A stretch of 64,000 nt of DNA from Obrimoposthia wandeli (lineage: Eukaryota), in assembly GCA_977020255.1 (NCBI GenBank), contig CDROCS010002105.1, positions 62,001-126,000 on the forward strand, in the 5' to 3' direction. The notes below the pieces were generated by a model. It had not been told where the DNA came from. It did no database searches and was given only the letters and a program-made list of their open reading frames with translations. The position numbers were made by a program, and so were the translations under genes. Below, piece after piece: positions 49,551 to 60,437 of this stretch. Position 1 is the stretch's first letter. Each line of letters opens with the position of its first letter.

Positions 49551-50768
49551 ATGGGTGGCGTTTTAGGTATGATTTTAGCAGGCGGAGAAGGCTCTCGTTT
49601 GCGTCCATTAACAGATTCACGTACAAAACCCGCAGTTCCATTTGGTGGTAGCTACCGCTTAATTGATTTTGCATTGAATAATTTTGTAAATGCTGATTTT
49701 TTAAAGATTTATGTTCTAACCCAATTCAAATCTCAGTCTTTGTATGTGCATATGAAAAAAGGCTGGAATATTACGGGCATTACGGATCGCTTTATTGACC
49801 CAATTCCAGCTCAAATGCGAATGGGCAAGCGTTGGTACGATGGTACTGCCGATGCGATTTACCAAAATTTAAGCTTTATTGAACTTGCTGAACCTGAGCA
49901 TGTTTGTATTTTTGGTAGTGATCATATTTACAAGATGGACATTAAGCAGATGCTTAATTTTCATAAAGAAAAAGAAGCTGAACTAACGGTTTCTGCATTG
50001 CGTATGCCTTTATCAGAAGCGAGTGCTTTTGGTGTTATCGAGGTAGATGAAAATGGCTGCATGATTGGTTTTGAAGAAAAGCCAACTAACCCTAAGTCTA
50101 TTCCTGGCGACCCAGAAAATGCGCTTGTTTCAATGGGTAACTATATCTTCAATAAAGAAACCCTATGCACTGAACTTGAAGAAGATGCAGTAAAAGAAGA
50201 TTCAAGCCACGACTTTGGTAAAGACATCATTCCTAAGCTATTTCCGCTAGGCCAAGTGTATGTTTATGATTTTACAACCAACATTATTCCTGGTGAGAAA
50301 AATACGGGTTACTGGCGCGATGTAGGTACGATTGAAGCGTACTGGCAAGCACACATGGATTTACTTTCAGAAGATGCGCCGTTCTCTTTGTATAACCGTC
50401 AATGGCAGCTGCACACTCATTACCCACCGCTTCCACCTGCAACCGTTTTAGATAGCGACAACTGTAAAGTTGATATTAACAACTGTATGATTTCTGCTGG
50501 TAGCTATATTCGTGGTGCAAAAATACATAAATCAATTTTAGGCTTTCGTACAAATATTGACCATGGCACAACGATTTCAGAATCTGTGCTTTTGGGCGAT
50601 GTAAAAATCGGTGCGAATTGCTCAATACGTAAAGCTATTATTGATAAAAATGTTCACATTGCTCCAGGAACGATAATTGGTGAAAATCCTGAAGAGGATA
50701 AGAAAAACTACCACGTTTCTGATGAAGGCATTGTCGTAATCCCGAAAGGAGCGAAAATTGGCTACTAA
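49551..50768 (+). CDS. glgC: Glucose-1-phosphate adenylyltransferase
   Basis: ILAGGEGSRL, KPAVPFGG, GTADA, GSDHIY, FEEKP, SMGNY, YWRDVGT. Confidence 0.96.
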   Translation: MGGVLGMILAGGEGSRLRPLTDSRTKPAVPFGGSYRLIDFALNNFVNADFLKIYVLTQFKSQSLYVHMKKGWNITGITDRFIDPIPAQMRMGKRWYDGTADAIYQNLSFIELAEPEHVCIFGSDHIYKMDIKQMLNFHKEKEAELTVSALRMPLSEASAFGVIEVDENGCMIGFEEKPTNPKSIPGDPENALVSMGNYIFNKETLCTELEEDAVKEDSSHDFGKDIIPKLFPLGQVYVYDFTTNIIPGEKNTGYWRDVGTIEAYWQAHMDLLSEDAPFSLYNRQWQLHTHYPPLPPATVLDSDNCKVDINNCMISAGSYIRGAKIHKSILGFRTNIDHGTTISESVLLGDVKIGANCSIRKAIIDKNVHIAPGTIIGENPEEDKKNYHVSDEGIVVIPKGAKIGY

Positions 50769-52284
50769 GAAAACGTCGTTAACAAAGCATCCATTGAAAA
50801 TTCTATTTGTTTCATCTGAAGTAGAAGGGTTTGCAAAAACAGGAGGATTAGCCGATGTTGCTAAGTCTCTGCCTGCTGCCTTGAAAAAGATGGGGCACGA
50901 TGTTCGAATTGTAATGCCTTACTACCAGACAATTAACGGTAAAGATAATGCTGTTGCTATATTGTCTACCGAGCTGTTTGTTGAGCCACAGCCATTTGCT
51001 GTAGGCTATCAAGTGATGCAACTCGGTGAAGGTAATGTGCCTGTCTATGCGTTAGACGCCCCACAATATTATGATCGACCAGAATTGTATGCGGAAAACA
51101 ATCAAGCATATGCAGATAATGGTGAGCGTTTTACATTTTTAAGCGCCGCATCGTTAGACTTGTGTGAAAAAGTGGGTTTTCAACCCGATGTGATTCACTG
51201 TAACGATTGGCATACCGGGTTAATTCCATTCTTATTAAAAACACGTTACGCAGAGAGTGATTTTTTTGCTAAATCGAAGAGTGTTATAACGATTCATAAT
51301 GCCGTGTTTAAAGGTGTATTTAATTACGATCAATACAGTTTAATTCCTGAATTGATTCAACGCCGCTATATCAATGCTGAAATCGATCCATCGCATATCA
51401 GCATGCTAAAAGCGGGTGTTGCGTATGCAGATAAAGTGAACGCGGTTAGCCCTAATTATGCATCAGAGCTTTTAACACATTTAGGTTCACATGGTATGGA
51501 AGCTGATTTCCAAAATCGTGCTAAAGATTTGTATGGCATCATTAATGGGTGCGACTACGATGATTGGAATCCTGAAACTGATGCGCACATAAAGCAAAAG
51601 TTTAAAGCCAATAAAGTGAGCTTAGCTCGCGGGAAAAAAGCGTGTCGACGTGATTTGCAAAAACAAGTTAACTTACCTGAATTAGATGTACCTGTTTATG
51701 GAATGGTTTGTCGCTTGACCGAGCAAAAAGGACTTCACTATTTAATTCCTGTGCTTGAAGATTTTTTATTGAATGACGTACAAGTGGTGATTGTCGGAAC
51801 GGGTGATCCAACGTTAGCCAGTGCTCTGCGTGGCATTAGCGAACAGCATAGTGATAAATTTGCTTTTGTTGAAACATACAGCAATCCACTAGCACACTGT
51901 GTAGAAGCGGGCGTTGATTTCTTTATGATGCCTTCTGAATTTGAACCATGTGGTTTGAATCAGATGTACAGTTTAGCGTATGGCACGTTACCTATCGTTC
52001 GTAGCGTCGGTGGTCTAAAAGATACTGTTATCGATTACGATCAAACACCGCAGGTAGCCACAGGCTTTATTTATGATGCGCCAACACCTGAGGCGTTATT
52101 AATAAAATTACAACGAAGCTTGTTACTTTATTGCCAACGTCCTCAAGAATTTAAACGTCTACAGCAAAATGCGATGGCGTGTAAATTTAATTGGGATGAA
52201 TCGGCTGAACAATATCTAGATATGTATCTAGGTGGTGAGCAAAGTTTGGTCAATGAAATCTGCAATGACAAGGTAGACGCTTAG
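50758..52284 (+). CDS. glgA: Glycogen synthase
   Basis: KTGGLADV, HCNDWHT, TIHN, RLTEQKG, PSEFEPCGLNQM. TTG start overlapping the glgC stop. Confidence 0.95.
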   Translation: MATKKTSLTKHPLKILFVSSEVEGFAKTGGLADVAKSLPAALKKMGHDVRIVMPYYQTINGKDNAVAILSTELFVEPQPFAVGYQVMQLGEGNVPVYALDAPQYYDRPELYAENNQAYADNGERFTFLSAASLDLCEKVGFQPDVIHCNDWHTGLIPFLLKTRYAESDFFAKSKSVITIHNAVFKGVFNYDQYSLIPELIQRRYINAEIDPSHISMLKAGVAYADKVNAVSPNYASELLTHLGSHGMEADFQNRAKDLYGIINGCDYDDWNPETDAHIKQKFKANKVSLARGKKACRRDLQKQVNLPELDVPVYGMVCRLTEQKGLHYLIPVLEDFLLNDVQVVIVGTGDPTLASALRGISEQHSDKFAFVETYSNPLAHCVEAGVDFFMMPSEFEPCGLNQMYSLAYGTLPIVRSVGGLKDTVIDYDQTPQVATGFIYDAPTPEALLIKLQRSLLLYCQRPQEFKRLQQNAMACKFNWDESAEQYLDMYLGGEQSLVNEICNDKVDA

Positions 52285-52317
52285 TTTACTAAAAATATTT
52301 TATTCTACAAAATCATT

Positions 52318-52343
52318 AAGCCCTCTTTAGTGAGGGTTTTTTT
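52318..52343 (+). terminator. Terminator of glgCA
   Basis: AAGCCCTC-TTTAGT-GAGGGTTT followed by TTTT. Confidence 0.75.
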
Positions 52344-52574
52344 GTGGGCATAATTTTACATTTATCCCATATTCACAATATTCTACTTAGTCTTATTCCT
52401 TTTTAAGTAATGGAACATTGATTCTATTCCTATATTGCGTATTTATTTCATTCGAAAATTAACTAGTCGTTCATAAAAAGCGCTTTAAATGTGATAATAC
52501 GCACGTTTTCATTTTGTTTGCTTTCGCAAATTTTTAGGCAATTGACTGCCTTTTTATAAATTATTAGGTTATAC

Positions 52575-54461
52575 ATGTTCAATATGACACTCAGGCAAAA
52601 GCTGGCACTCTCTGCAAGTATTGCAATCATTATCGGCGGTTTACTTGTAACTGCATTTTCTTTTTTATCATCGCTAGGTCGTTTAGAGAGTGACATTAAT
52701 AAGCAACTTAATGGTACAGCCTCTTCGTACAATAATTATGTGTCTAATTGGTTAGATTCGAAAGGAACAGTACTTTCGGCTATGCCTGTGAATATTTCAC
52801 AAGACACGGTTGAGCAACATCTTCAGCAGGTTCGCGATTCAGCAGACTTTGATAATGTCTTTTTAGCTTTTTCTGATGGGACACAAGTGAATGCTAATAA
52901 CGTTATTTTACCGCCTGGTAACAATGATCCTCGTCAATGGCATTGGTATCAGAACGCTATTAACCTCAATGGTAAAGTCACGGTAGAAAATCCGACAGTT
53001 GCAGCAGCCACTGGGGCAAGCGTTGTTTCTATGGGTAAAGCCGTTTCTATTTTTGGGCAGCAGGCGGTGTTAGGTGCTGATGTCGAAATGTCAGATATTA
53101 TTAAGCAGCTTAATGACGTGGTATTGCCTGGTGAAGGCTACATGTTTATTGCGAATGATAAAGGTAATATTTTTGCACACGCAGATACGTCTTTATTGAA
53201 TAAATCTGTTAATGCAAAAGACCGTGACTTAACCGATTCAATGCTAAAACGTCTAGCGCGAGAAGGGCTAGTTGAAAAAGAAAATATCACTGGCAATGAG
53301 AGCTATGTGTTCGTTAAGCCAATTCAAGGTACGAATCTAAGTACAGTTATCGTTATTGATTATAATTCTGTTGCCGCGCCGCTTTACAGCTCTTTATATG
53401 AGCAGATTTTCATGACGCTATTGGTTGTGGTTATTTGTGCGTTCTTGTTTAACCTATTCTGTGTGTATTTATTTAAACCGTTACAGCAAGTATCTAAGGC
53501 GCTGGCTGTCATTGCACAAGGTGGTGGTGATTTAACTCAGCGTATTAATATCGATTCTAACGATGAGGTGGGTGACTTAGCCCGTAACTTTAACCAGTTT
53601 ACAACAAGCTTACAGATACTTATTGGCCATATTCGTAGCCAGGGCGTTGAGCTGAGTCAAGCTTCAGCAGAAAGTGAATTTCGGGCGAACAAGTCGGCTG
53701 ATGAGTTAAATCGTCAGCAAGATGAAATTAGCATGGTTGCTACAGCGGTAACTGAAATGGCTTCTGCTACGCAAGAAATCGCGTCTCATGCTGAGCAAAC
53801 AGCGCGTGCAGCGCAAGATTCGACAGAGCATACAAATAGTGGTCGTGAGTTAGTAGTACAAAGCCGAGTGTCTATTAACAACCTTGCTGAAGAAGTGAAT
53901 CAGGCAACTTCAGTGATCAGTGAGTTGAATGAACATGCTCAGAACATCAATAGTATTTTATCTACTATTCAAGGTATTGCTGAACAAACGAATTTATTGG
54001 CATTGAATGCTGCGATTGAAGCTGCACGAGCGGGTGAACAAGGTCGAGGCTTTGCTGTTGTGGCTGATGAAGTACGCGTGTTATCTCAACGTACTCATAC
54101 ATCGACGGAAGAAATTCAGAGTATGATTGCAACATTACAACAGACAACATCTAAAGCGGTTGGCTTGATGGAAACAAGTTCTCAGCTTGCACAGTGTTCG
54201 GTAGACGATGCAGATCAAGCAACAGTAGCATTAGAGCAGATTAACGATTCAGTGACTCTAATCAGCGACATGGCGACTCAGATAGCCACTGCGGCAGAAG
54301 AACAAACGCATGTAACAAGTGAAATCACATTAAATACAACAACAATCAAAGATGTAACCGATCAGCTTGTAGAAGATGCCGTTGCTGCACGTCATCAAGC
54401 AGAAGCGTTAAGTCATCAAGCAACAAAACTGAATGACAAAGTCTCTACTTTTGTTGTTTAA
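52575..54461 (+). CDS. Methyl-accepting chemotaxis protein (dCache_1, HAMP, MA domains)
   Basis: TM-dCache-TM layout, [41 protein letters not shown]. Confidence 0.93.
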   Translation: MFNMTLRQKLALSASIAIIIGGLLVTAFSFLSSLGRLESDINKQLNGTASSYNNYVSNWLDSKGTVLSAMPVNISQDTVEQHLQQVRDSADFDNVFLAFSDGTQVNANNVILPPGNNDPRQWHWYQNAINLNGKVTVENPTVAAATGASVVSMGKAVSIFGQQAVLGADVEMSDIIKQLNDVVLPGEGYMFIANDKGNIFAHADTSLLNKSVNAKDRDLTDSMLKRLAREGLVEKENITGNESYVFVKPIQGTNLSTVIVIDYNSVAAPLYSSLYEQIFMTLLVVVICAFLFNLFCVYLFKPLQQVSKALAVIAQGGGDLTQRINIDSNDEVGDLARNFNQFTTSLQILIGHIRSQGVELSQASAESEFRANKSADELNRQQDEISMVATAVTEMASATQEIASHAEQTARAAQDSTEHTNSGRELVVQSRVSINNLAEEVNQATSVISELNEHAQNINSILSTIQGIAEQTNLLALNAAIEAARAGEQGRGFAVVADEVRVLSQRTHTSTEEIQSMIATLQQTTSKAVGLMETSSQLAQCSVDDADQATVALEQINDSVTLISDMATQIATAAEEQTHVTSEITLNTTTIKDVTDQLVEDAVAARHQAEALSHQATKLNDKVSTFVV

Positions 54462-54521
54462 ATAAGGTAGCGATTCTATCTACTATATAGGAAAGACCTA
54501 ACGTTATTTCCTGCATATTCT

Positions 54522-54545
54522 AAAGCCCTCTTATGAGGGTTTTTT
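54522..54545 (+). terminator. Terminator after the second MCP
   Basis: AAAGCCCTC-TTAT-GAGGGTTTTTT. Confidence 0.75.
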
Positions 54546-54593
54546 CGTTCATGATTGATGTTGTTTTCTTCTTTATGATATTGAAACCTAATC

Positions 54594-55274
54594 CTATTGT
54601 TTTGTTGATGTCATAAACGGATATTCGAATAATATAGTGATGGTGTCATCAACAACCGTGAACGTAGCAAGCTTATCTTCCTCACTTTCTGGATCTCCCC
54701 CATCACCTATGTTGCGCCATTGTTTTATACTACGGTAACCCTTCTGATAAGCTCGAGAGAAGGTCGTCTTATTCATCATTAAATATTTACGTTGTGCAGT
54801 ATACTTAGCGCTATTAGCAAGTATAAACATCTGATCATCTAGAGTTTGGCGATCTAAGGTTTGTAATCCAGCTAAGATATCTAAATGTTGTCCATTCACC
54901 TCCAGATAGCTAAAAACATAACCATCACGACGTAAACTAGCAAGAAGAGAATTGTAGTTAATTAAGGTGAGAGGGGCTTTCAATTCAACATTTTTTATTG
55001 TGGATAATGGCTTGGCTCCCCCTGTTTCGATAGCAGTAGAAGTCAATTGGCTATAAACCACTAATGTCAGATCGTCTATTCCATAATAAGACGGGCTATC
55101 TAAGCAATACGCTTCGGCATTGTATAAATCGGAACACTCATATGCATTAGGACGTGACGCAATTTGCTCGATATCGTCGGTAAAACTAATGTCATTAAAC
55201 AGCGGTAAATATGATGCTGCATTTGCAGCCGTGCTGAATATGCCAACGGCTATGAATACGAATTTTTTCAGCAC
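54594..55274 (-). CDS. Secreted hypothetical protein (226 aa)
   Basis: Signal peptide ending AANA; long clean ORF; GTG start. Confidence 0.7.
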   Translation of the reverse strand: MLKKFVFIAVGIFSTAANAASYLPLFNDISFTDDIEQIASRPNAYECSDLYNAEAYCLDSPSYYGIDDLTLVVYSQLTSTAIETGGAKPLSTIKNVELKAPLTLINYNSLLASLRRDGYVFSYLEVNGQHLDILAGLQTLDRQTLDDQMFILANSAKYTAQRKYLMMNKTTFSRAYQKGYRSIKQWRNIGDGGDPESEEDKLATFTVVDDTITILFEYPFMTSTKQ

Positions 55275-55633
55275 AGTTCAACCTTATCGATACACAAAAA
55301 TAAATAAGCCATATACCCAAGTAACCTGGCACATTCTATAACAACAAGAATGCTGATCATAAAAGAAAGCCAGCGACATTGCGCTATAGGTTTTTTCATA
55401 AGCAAAGCCAATGAAATAATGAAACACTGAGGAGCAGTGGTAATCAAACCAAGTGTAAATGGTCATTTTAAACCAGTGTAATTACCGCATTCTGTGACCT
55501 GGATGCGTTTCAACCTGCACGTTTTGTGATGCCGTTAGCATAAGTAAAGTATTGAAATTAAGATCTTTTAAGCATTTTTTCCTTGCAGTATATTGGCCGC
55601 CTTCTGTTTTATGGATGATTCAGTGAGGATCAA

Positions 55634-57850
55634 ATGCCATTCTCAATACAACAATTTAGTTCATCGATTACTGCTTTTGTTTTTGGGCAACCTTTCGCAA
55701 CGGGCGCGATTACTGCCAAGCCCCAATATGAACGAGAAATTAGACAAGAACCCAGCTCTGGCTTTCAACCTAAGACTGGAATGGCTGTGCCCTGCCAGTA
55801 TGTTGCCATCACAGAAGATGATCATGGTGTCCATATTCGTTATACGCTGGCAGAAGGTGATGCCATTTATGGGCTGGGACAAAACATGGGCAAGCTGAAC
55901 AAGCGTGGCCAGTTGTTTAAAACCTGGTGCAACGATGAATTTCGCCACTTGCCGGATAAAGCCTCGTTGTATGGTGCACATCCTTTTCTGGTGATAAAAG
56001 GCGAAAACAACTTTGCGCTGTTTGTTGATCTTCCCGGCGAGATGACGTTGGATATCGGTTTTTCTGATCCCAACCAGCTCTATATTCATATACCGGCACA
56101 TAATGTGCGGATTTTTGAATTTACGGACCCGAGTGCCAAGCAGCAGGTGCGTGATTTTCGCAGCTTAATTGGTCAGCCGTATATTCCGCCGCGCTGGGCG
56201 TTTGGTTACCAGCAGTGTCGCTGGTCATACTATGATAAAAATGCCGTTGATGAGGTGGTGAGAAATTTTCGCCATTTTGATATTCCCTGTGACACGGTTT
56301 ATCTCGATATTGATTATATGGAGGAGTTTAAAGACTTCACCATAGATCAGAATCGTTTTCCGGATTTCTCCCACTGGGTGGCTCAACTTAAGCAGCAAGG
56401 CATTCGCCTGATCCCGATCATTGATGCCGGGGTAAAAGTGGCTGAGAACTACAGTGTTTACCAGGAAGGGCACAAAAAGGGCTATTTCTGCAAAACGGAA
56501 ACCGGAGAAGAGTTTCAGGCTGCGGTGTGGCCGGGTTTGTGTGCTTTTCCTGATTTTTTCCAACCGGAAGCACGTCAGTGGTGGGGAAAGCAATATCAGT
56601 TTCTTACCGATCAGGGCATTGACGGATTCTGGAACGATATGAATGAACCGGCGCTGTTTTATTCGCCGCAAGGATTGCAGCAGGCCATTGAGCATGCCGA
56701 AAAATGCAAAGGTAAAAACATCGGCGTGCATGAATTTTTCGAACTCAAAGGTGCGTTTGATAATCTCTCTAATCGTCGTGAAGACTATCAGGCGATCTGG
56801 CACCAAATAGAAGATGGCAGCCGAATAAATCATGAGCAGGTCCATAACCTCTATGGCCAGAAAATGACTCAGGCTGCTGCCGAAGGTTTTGCGCAGCTTG
56901 ATCCTGACAAACGTTTTTTAATGTTCTCGCGGGCATCTGCTATCGGCGGGCATCGTTACGGGGGGATCTGGCTAGGTGATAACCATAGCTGGTGGGAGCA
57001 CTTAAAGCTCAATCTCGCCATGATGCCGGGCGTAAACATGTGTGGCTACCTCTATAGTGGGGCAGATGTTGGTGGCTTTGCCGGCAATGCAACAAGCGAA
57101 CTCATGTGTCGCTGGATACAATTTGCGGTCTTTACTCCTTTGCTGCGTAACCATTCCTGTTTGGGAACACGCCACCAAGAGCCTTACGCCTTTGGTGAGA
57201 GGGCGCTCACTATTATGCGGCAGCATATTAAGTTGCGATATCGGTTGATCCCTCATCTCTACTCCGAGTTTATGCAGGCTGCACAAAATAACGAGAACCT
57301 ATTCTGGCCTTTGCCGCTGGAATACGCAGATCCGGTAGCGCAAAATGTCGAAGATCAGCTGCTGGTCGGGAGCAGTTTAATGTGTGCGCCAGTACTCGAA
57401 CCGAATGCCTCCGGCCGTTATGTTTACTTGCCAGAAAGCATGTTGTTGTGGAAGGTCAAACAGCATGATGAATTTGATTTAAACGTCATGCCGCAAGGAC
57501 ACCATTATCTGCCTCTGGATTTGGCCGAAATGGCGCTCTTTCTGCGTCCGGATTCAATATTGCCTTTGGCCGATTCTGCCAATCATGTTGAAGCGCAAGA
57601 TCTCAGTTCATTAGAGTGTCTCGTATATCTGCGCAGTTGTGCTGAACACCTTTTATACCATGATGATGGAGTCACTCATAACTGGCAGCAAGGTGAGCAG
57701 GCAAGCCTGAAAATCAAGGTCTTTTATGACGCGGATAAAGAAATCCAATTGGATGTGAAAGCCAAGGGAGGGCTGCCATATAAGCAGCTCAAATTGACCA
57801 TTGTCGATCAGCTCGGACAGGAGTTTGAGCGCCATATATCAATAGCCTGA
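55634..57850 (+). CDS. GH31 alpha-glucosidase, cytoplasmic
   Basis: YGLGQ, PPRWAFGYQQCRW, YLDIDYM, GFWNDMNEP (nucleophile), WLGDN (acid/base), GADVGGF, LLRNH. Confidence 0.93.
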   Translation: MPFSIQQFSSSITAFVFGQPFATGAITAKPQYEREIRQEPSSGFQPKTGMAVPCQYVAITEDDHGVHIRYTLAEGDAIYGLGQNMGKLNKRGQLFKTWCNDEFRHLPDKASLYGAHPFLVIKGENNFALFVDLPGEMTLDIGFSDPNQLYIHIPAHNVRIFEFTDPSAKQQVRDFRSLIGQPYIPPRWAFGYQQCRWSYYDKNAVDEVVRNFRHFDIPCDTVYLDIDYMEEFKDFTIDQNRFPDFSHWVAQLKQQGIRLIPIIDAGVKVAENYSVYQEGHKKGYFCKTETGEEFQAAVWPGLCAFPDFFQPEARQWWGKQYQFLTDQGIDGFWNDMNEPALFYSPQGLQQAIEHAEKCKGKNIGVHEFFELKGAFDNLSNRREDYQAIWHQIEDGSRINHEQVHNLYGQKMTQAAAEGFAQLDPDKRFLMFSRASAIGGHRYGGIWLGDNHSWWEHLKLNLAMMPGVNMCGYLYSGADVGGFAGNATSELMCRWIQFAVFTPLLRNHSCLGTRHQEPYAFGERALTIMRQHIKLRYRLIPHLYSEFMQAAQNNENLFWPLPLEYADPVAQNVEDQLLVGSSLMCAPVLEPNASGRYVYLPESMLLWKVKQHDEFDLNVMPQGHHYLPLDLAEMALFLRPDSILPLADSANHVEAQDLSSLECLVYLRSCAEHLLYHDDGVTHNWQQGEQASLKIKVFYDADKEIQLDVKAKGGLPYKQLKLTIVDQLGQEFERHISIA

Positions 57851-58036
57851 CCCCATGACTGTCGAACCGGTGCGGGAAATGATCCTGAATGTAAGTTCGG
57901 CAGTTATAAAACAACTTGAAATTAAAATTTAAAGATAACGGCGGAAACACATTATATGAAAAAAATGCCAATTCAGCACCTGATGTTGGGAATAGCTCTG
58001 CCTAGTTTGCTGGTATTGAGTTCCATAAATCAGCTG

Positions 58037-58430
58037 CTATTTGATATCCGTAACATGGTCGACCAATAACTCATTTAAATGGTAGATCCCAACCGTGCCT
58101 TTTTGTCCTTCTGTTTTTAATGGGAGTGGGACGATATTTACCTGCGCAAAGTAGTCAGTCATGCTCATTGGATAAGGCATGATTGCGGTTGTCGAGGTTA
58201 GCATATCGATACTGGCAGTCAGTGAGTTGATCTCGTAAACGATGCGTTCCGATACCTTTTGCCTATCTCTTTCTAGCGGTTTGGGTGTAGTGGTCAAGGA
58301 AAACTGGGCTGTGGGTTTTCGATTAGGTGCAGGTAAGCTTCTGAATCTGGTGTTACCTGCAAGAGAGAATAAAGCGCCATATCCGCTTCTTCCCGGCGGT
58401 TCACGAGTAGTGGATGGCTTTTATCCATAG
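58037..58430 (-). pseudogene. Probable remnant of a LysR-type regulator (effector-domain C-terminus only)
   Basis: The 86-aa fragment (IVYEINSLTASIDML...IMPYP...IVPLPL...VGIY) resembles a LysR C-terminus. No HTH; the upstream sequence is in another frame. Confidence 0.4.
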
Positions 58431-58606
58431 GGTAAGGAAATACGGCAAATAAAGAGTTTAACGACAAGTCTCACATTTATTGAATTTGCTTGGCATCCTT
58501 ATTGGTTTGAAATTGCGAACTCGATCTCTTTAATTGCTGGTGATATAGGAAAAACCTATATCACCAGCTGAGTAGAGTATTTTAAAACAGTTAAACAAAC
58601 GATTAT

Positions 58607-58666
58607 GATATCAATATTAAAGATACCAACATTAAAGTTACCAATATTAAAGGTATCACTGTTTAA
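58607..58666. repeat. Four tandem imperfect 15-bp repeats upstream of the GH13_31 gene
   Basis: GATATCAATATTAAA / GATACCAACATTAAA / GTTACCAATATTAAA / GGTATCACTGTTTAA. Confidence 0.8.
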
Positions 58667-58695
58667 CTGAAGCTTGCTTAAGGGAGCCTTTGTCC

Positions 58696-60333
58696 ATGAA
58701 AATAACCCCAAAATGGTGGCATGACGCTGTTGTTTATCAGGTTTATCCACGCAGTTTTTGCGATTCAAATAACGATGGCATGGGTGATCTGCAAGGCATC
58801 ATCAGCAAGCTTGATTACATCAAAAAATTAGGTGTTAATGTTGTTTGGTTGTCGCCTGTTTATCGTTCACCAATGGATGATAATGGTTATGATATTTCTG
58901 ACTATCAAGATATCGCCGCAGAGTTCGGTTCGATGGAAGATATGCAGCAATTACTTGCTGAGGCCAAACAGCGCGATATTCGCATCATTATGGATTTAGT
59001 TGTTAACCATACATCTGATGAACACCCCTGGTTTATCGAATCACGTAAATCAAAAGATAACCCATATCGTGATTACTATATTTGGCGTCAGCCTAATGAA
59101 GATGGTTCAGTGCCTGATGATCAAGGATCTGTCTTTGGCGGTGGTGCTTGGGAATTTGATAACACCACGGGTGAATATTACTACCACATTTTCTCTAAAA
59201 GACAACCAGACTTGAACTGGGAGAACCCCAAAGTTCAAGAAGAAGTGCATAAGATGATGAACTGGTGGATCGATCAGGGTATTGGTGGTTTCCGTCTTGA
59301 CGTTATCGATCTTATTGGTAAAGAAATCGATAAGAAAATTACGGGTAATGGACCTCGTCTTCACCCGTTGCTTCAGGAAATGAACAAAGCAACGTTTGGT
59401 GATAAAGATCTGCTCACCGTAGGGGAAACGTGGGACGCGACCCCTGAAACGGCCAAGTTGTACAGTAATCCTGCACGTAATGAGTTTTCAATGGTTTTCC
59501 AGTTTGAGCATATTTCTCTGACTTGGAAGCATGGTGACAAATGGAATCCGATTGCGCTTGATCTACCTAAATTCAAGCATGCGTTAACTAAGTGGCAGGT
59601 TGAGCTGGCTGATGAGGGGTGGAACTCACTGTTCTGGAACAACCATGACCTTCCTCGTGCAGTCTCAAAATTTGGCGATGACGGGCAGTATCGTGTCGAA
59701 TCCGCTAAAATGCTCGCCACAACATTGCATATGATGAAAGGTACGCCGTATGTCTATCAAGGCGAAGAGATCGGTATGACAAATGTTGCGTTTGACAGCA
59801 TTGATGACTACCGTGATATCGAAACCTTGAATTTCTACAAAGAGCGTACAGAAAATGGTGTTGCGCCTGAAACCATGTTGGCAGCGGTGCATGAAAATAG
59901 CCGTGATAATGGCCGTACACCAATGCAGTGGAACAACAATAAAAATGCGGGTTTCTCAGAGCAGCAACCGTGGTTACAGGTTAATCCTAACTATCCAGAA
60001 ATCAACGTAGATGCTGCGCTAGAAGATCAGAACTCGATCTTCTATCACTATCAAAAATTGATTCAACTGCGTAAGTCATTACCAGTGATTGTACAGGGTG
60101 CTTTTGAACCAGTATTTGAAGATCATGAACAGGTATTCGGTTACCTTCGTTCTGATGAACAACATCGTCTGTTTGTGCTTAATAACTTTACGGGCGAAGA
60201 CGTTACTGTTGCTATGCCTGAGTCACTTCAAACTGAACATGCTGAATGCATTATTTGCAATTATGAATCCCATCAGCAGATAAGCTCAACGTTAACCCTG
60301 AAGCCTTTTGAGTCTTTTGCTGTATTAATATAA
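58696..60333 (+). CDS. dexB: Oligo-1,6-glucosidase / glucan 1,6-alpha-glucosidase (GH13_31)
   Basis: VYQVYPRSF, DNGYDISDY, DLVVNHTS, QPDLNW, GFRLDVI, VGET, NNHD, YQGEEIGM, RDNGRTPMQW. AGGGAG RBS favours the ATG at 58696. Confidence 0.9.
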   Translation: MKITPKWWHDAVVYQVYPRSFCDSNNDGMGDLQGIISKLDYIKKLGVNVVWLSPVYRSPMDDNGYDISDYQDIAAEFGSMEDMQQLLAEAKQRDIRIIMDLVVNHTSDEHPWFIESRKSKDNPYRDYYIWRQPNEDGSVPDDQGSVFGGGAWEFDNTTGEYYYHIFSKRQPDLNWENPKVQEEVHKMMNWWIDQGIGGFRLDVIDLIGKEIDKKITGNGPRLHPLLQEMNKATFGDKDLLTVGETWDATPETAKLYSNPARNEFSMVFQFEHISLTWKHGDKWNPIALDLPKFKHALTKWQVELADEGWNSLFWNNHDLPRAVSKFGDDGQYRVESAKMLATTLHMMKGTPYVYQGEEIGMTNVAFDSIDDYRDIETLNFYKERTENGVAPETMLAAVHENSRDNGRTPMQWNNNKNAGFSEQQPWLQVNPNYPEINVDAALEDQNSIFYHYQKLIQLRKSLPVIVQGAFEPVFEDHEQVFGYLRSDEQHRLFVLNNFTGEDVTVAMPESLQTEHAECIICNYESHQQISSTLTLKPFESFAVLI

Positions 60334-60437
60334 TTGTGCCTTGTTTGATTATGGGTAACGATTAACTTTTTTCATTGTCTTGGTTCTGTTCAATTGCTTT
60401 TGAACAGAGCCTTTTTTATTTGGGATAAATCAATATT

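Noticed and set aside
55268-55399. 43-aa hydrophobic minus-strand sORF overlapping the start of the 226-aa gene
   Set aside because: Plausible but has no clear RBS; an alternative 60-aa frame overlaps it, so neither can be supported.
56225-56845. 206-aa minus-strand ORF
   Set aside because: Antisense shadow of the GC-richer GH31 gene with no motifs.
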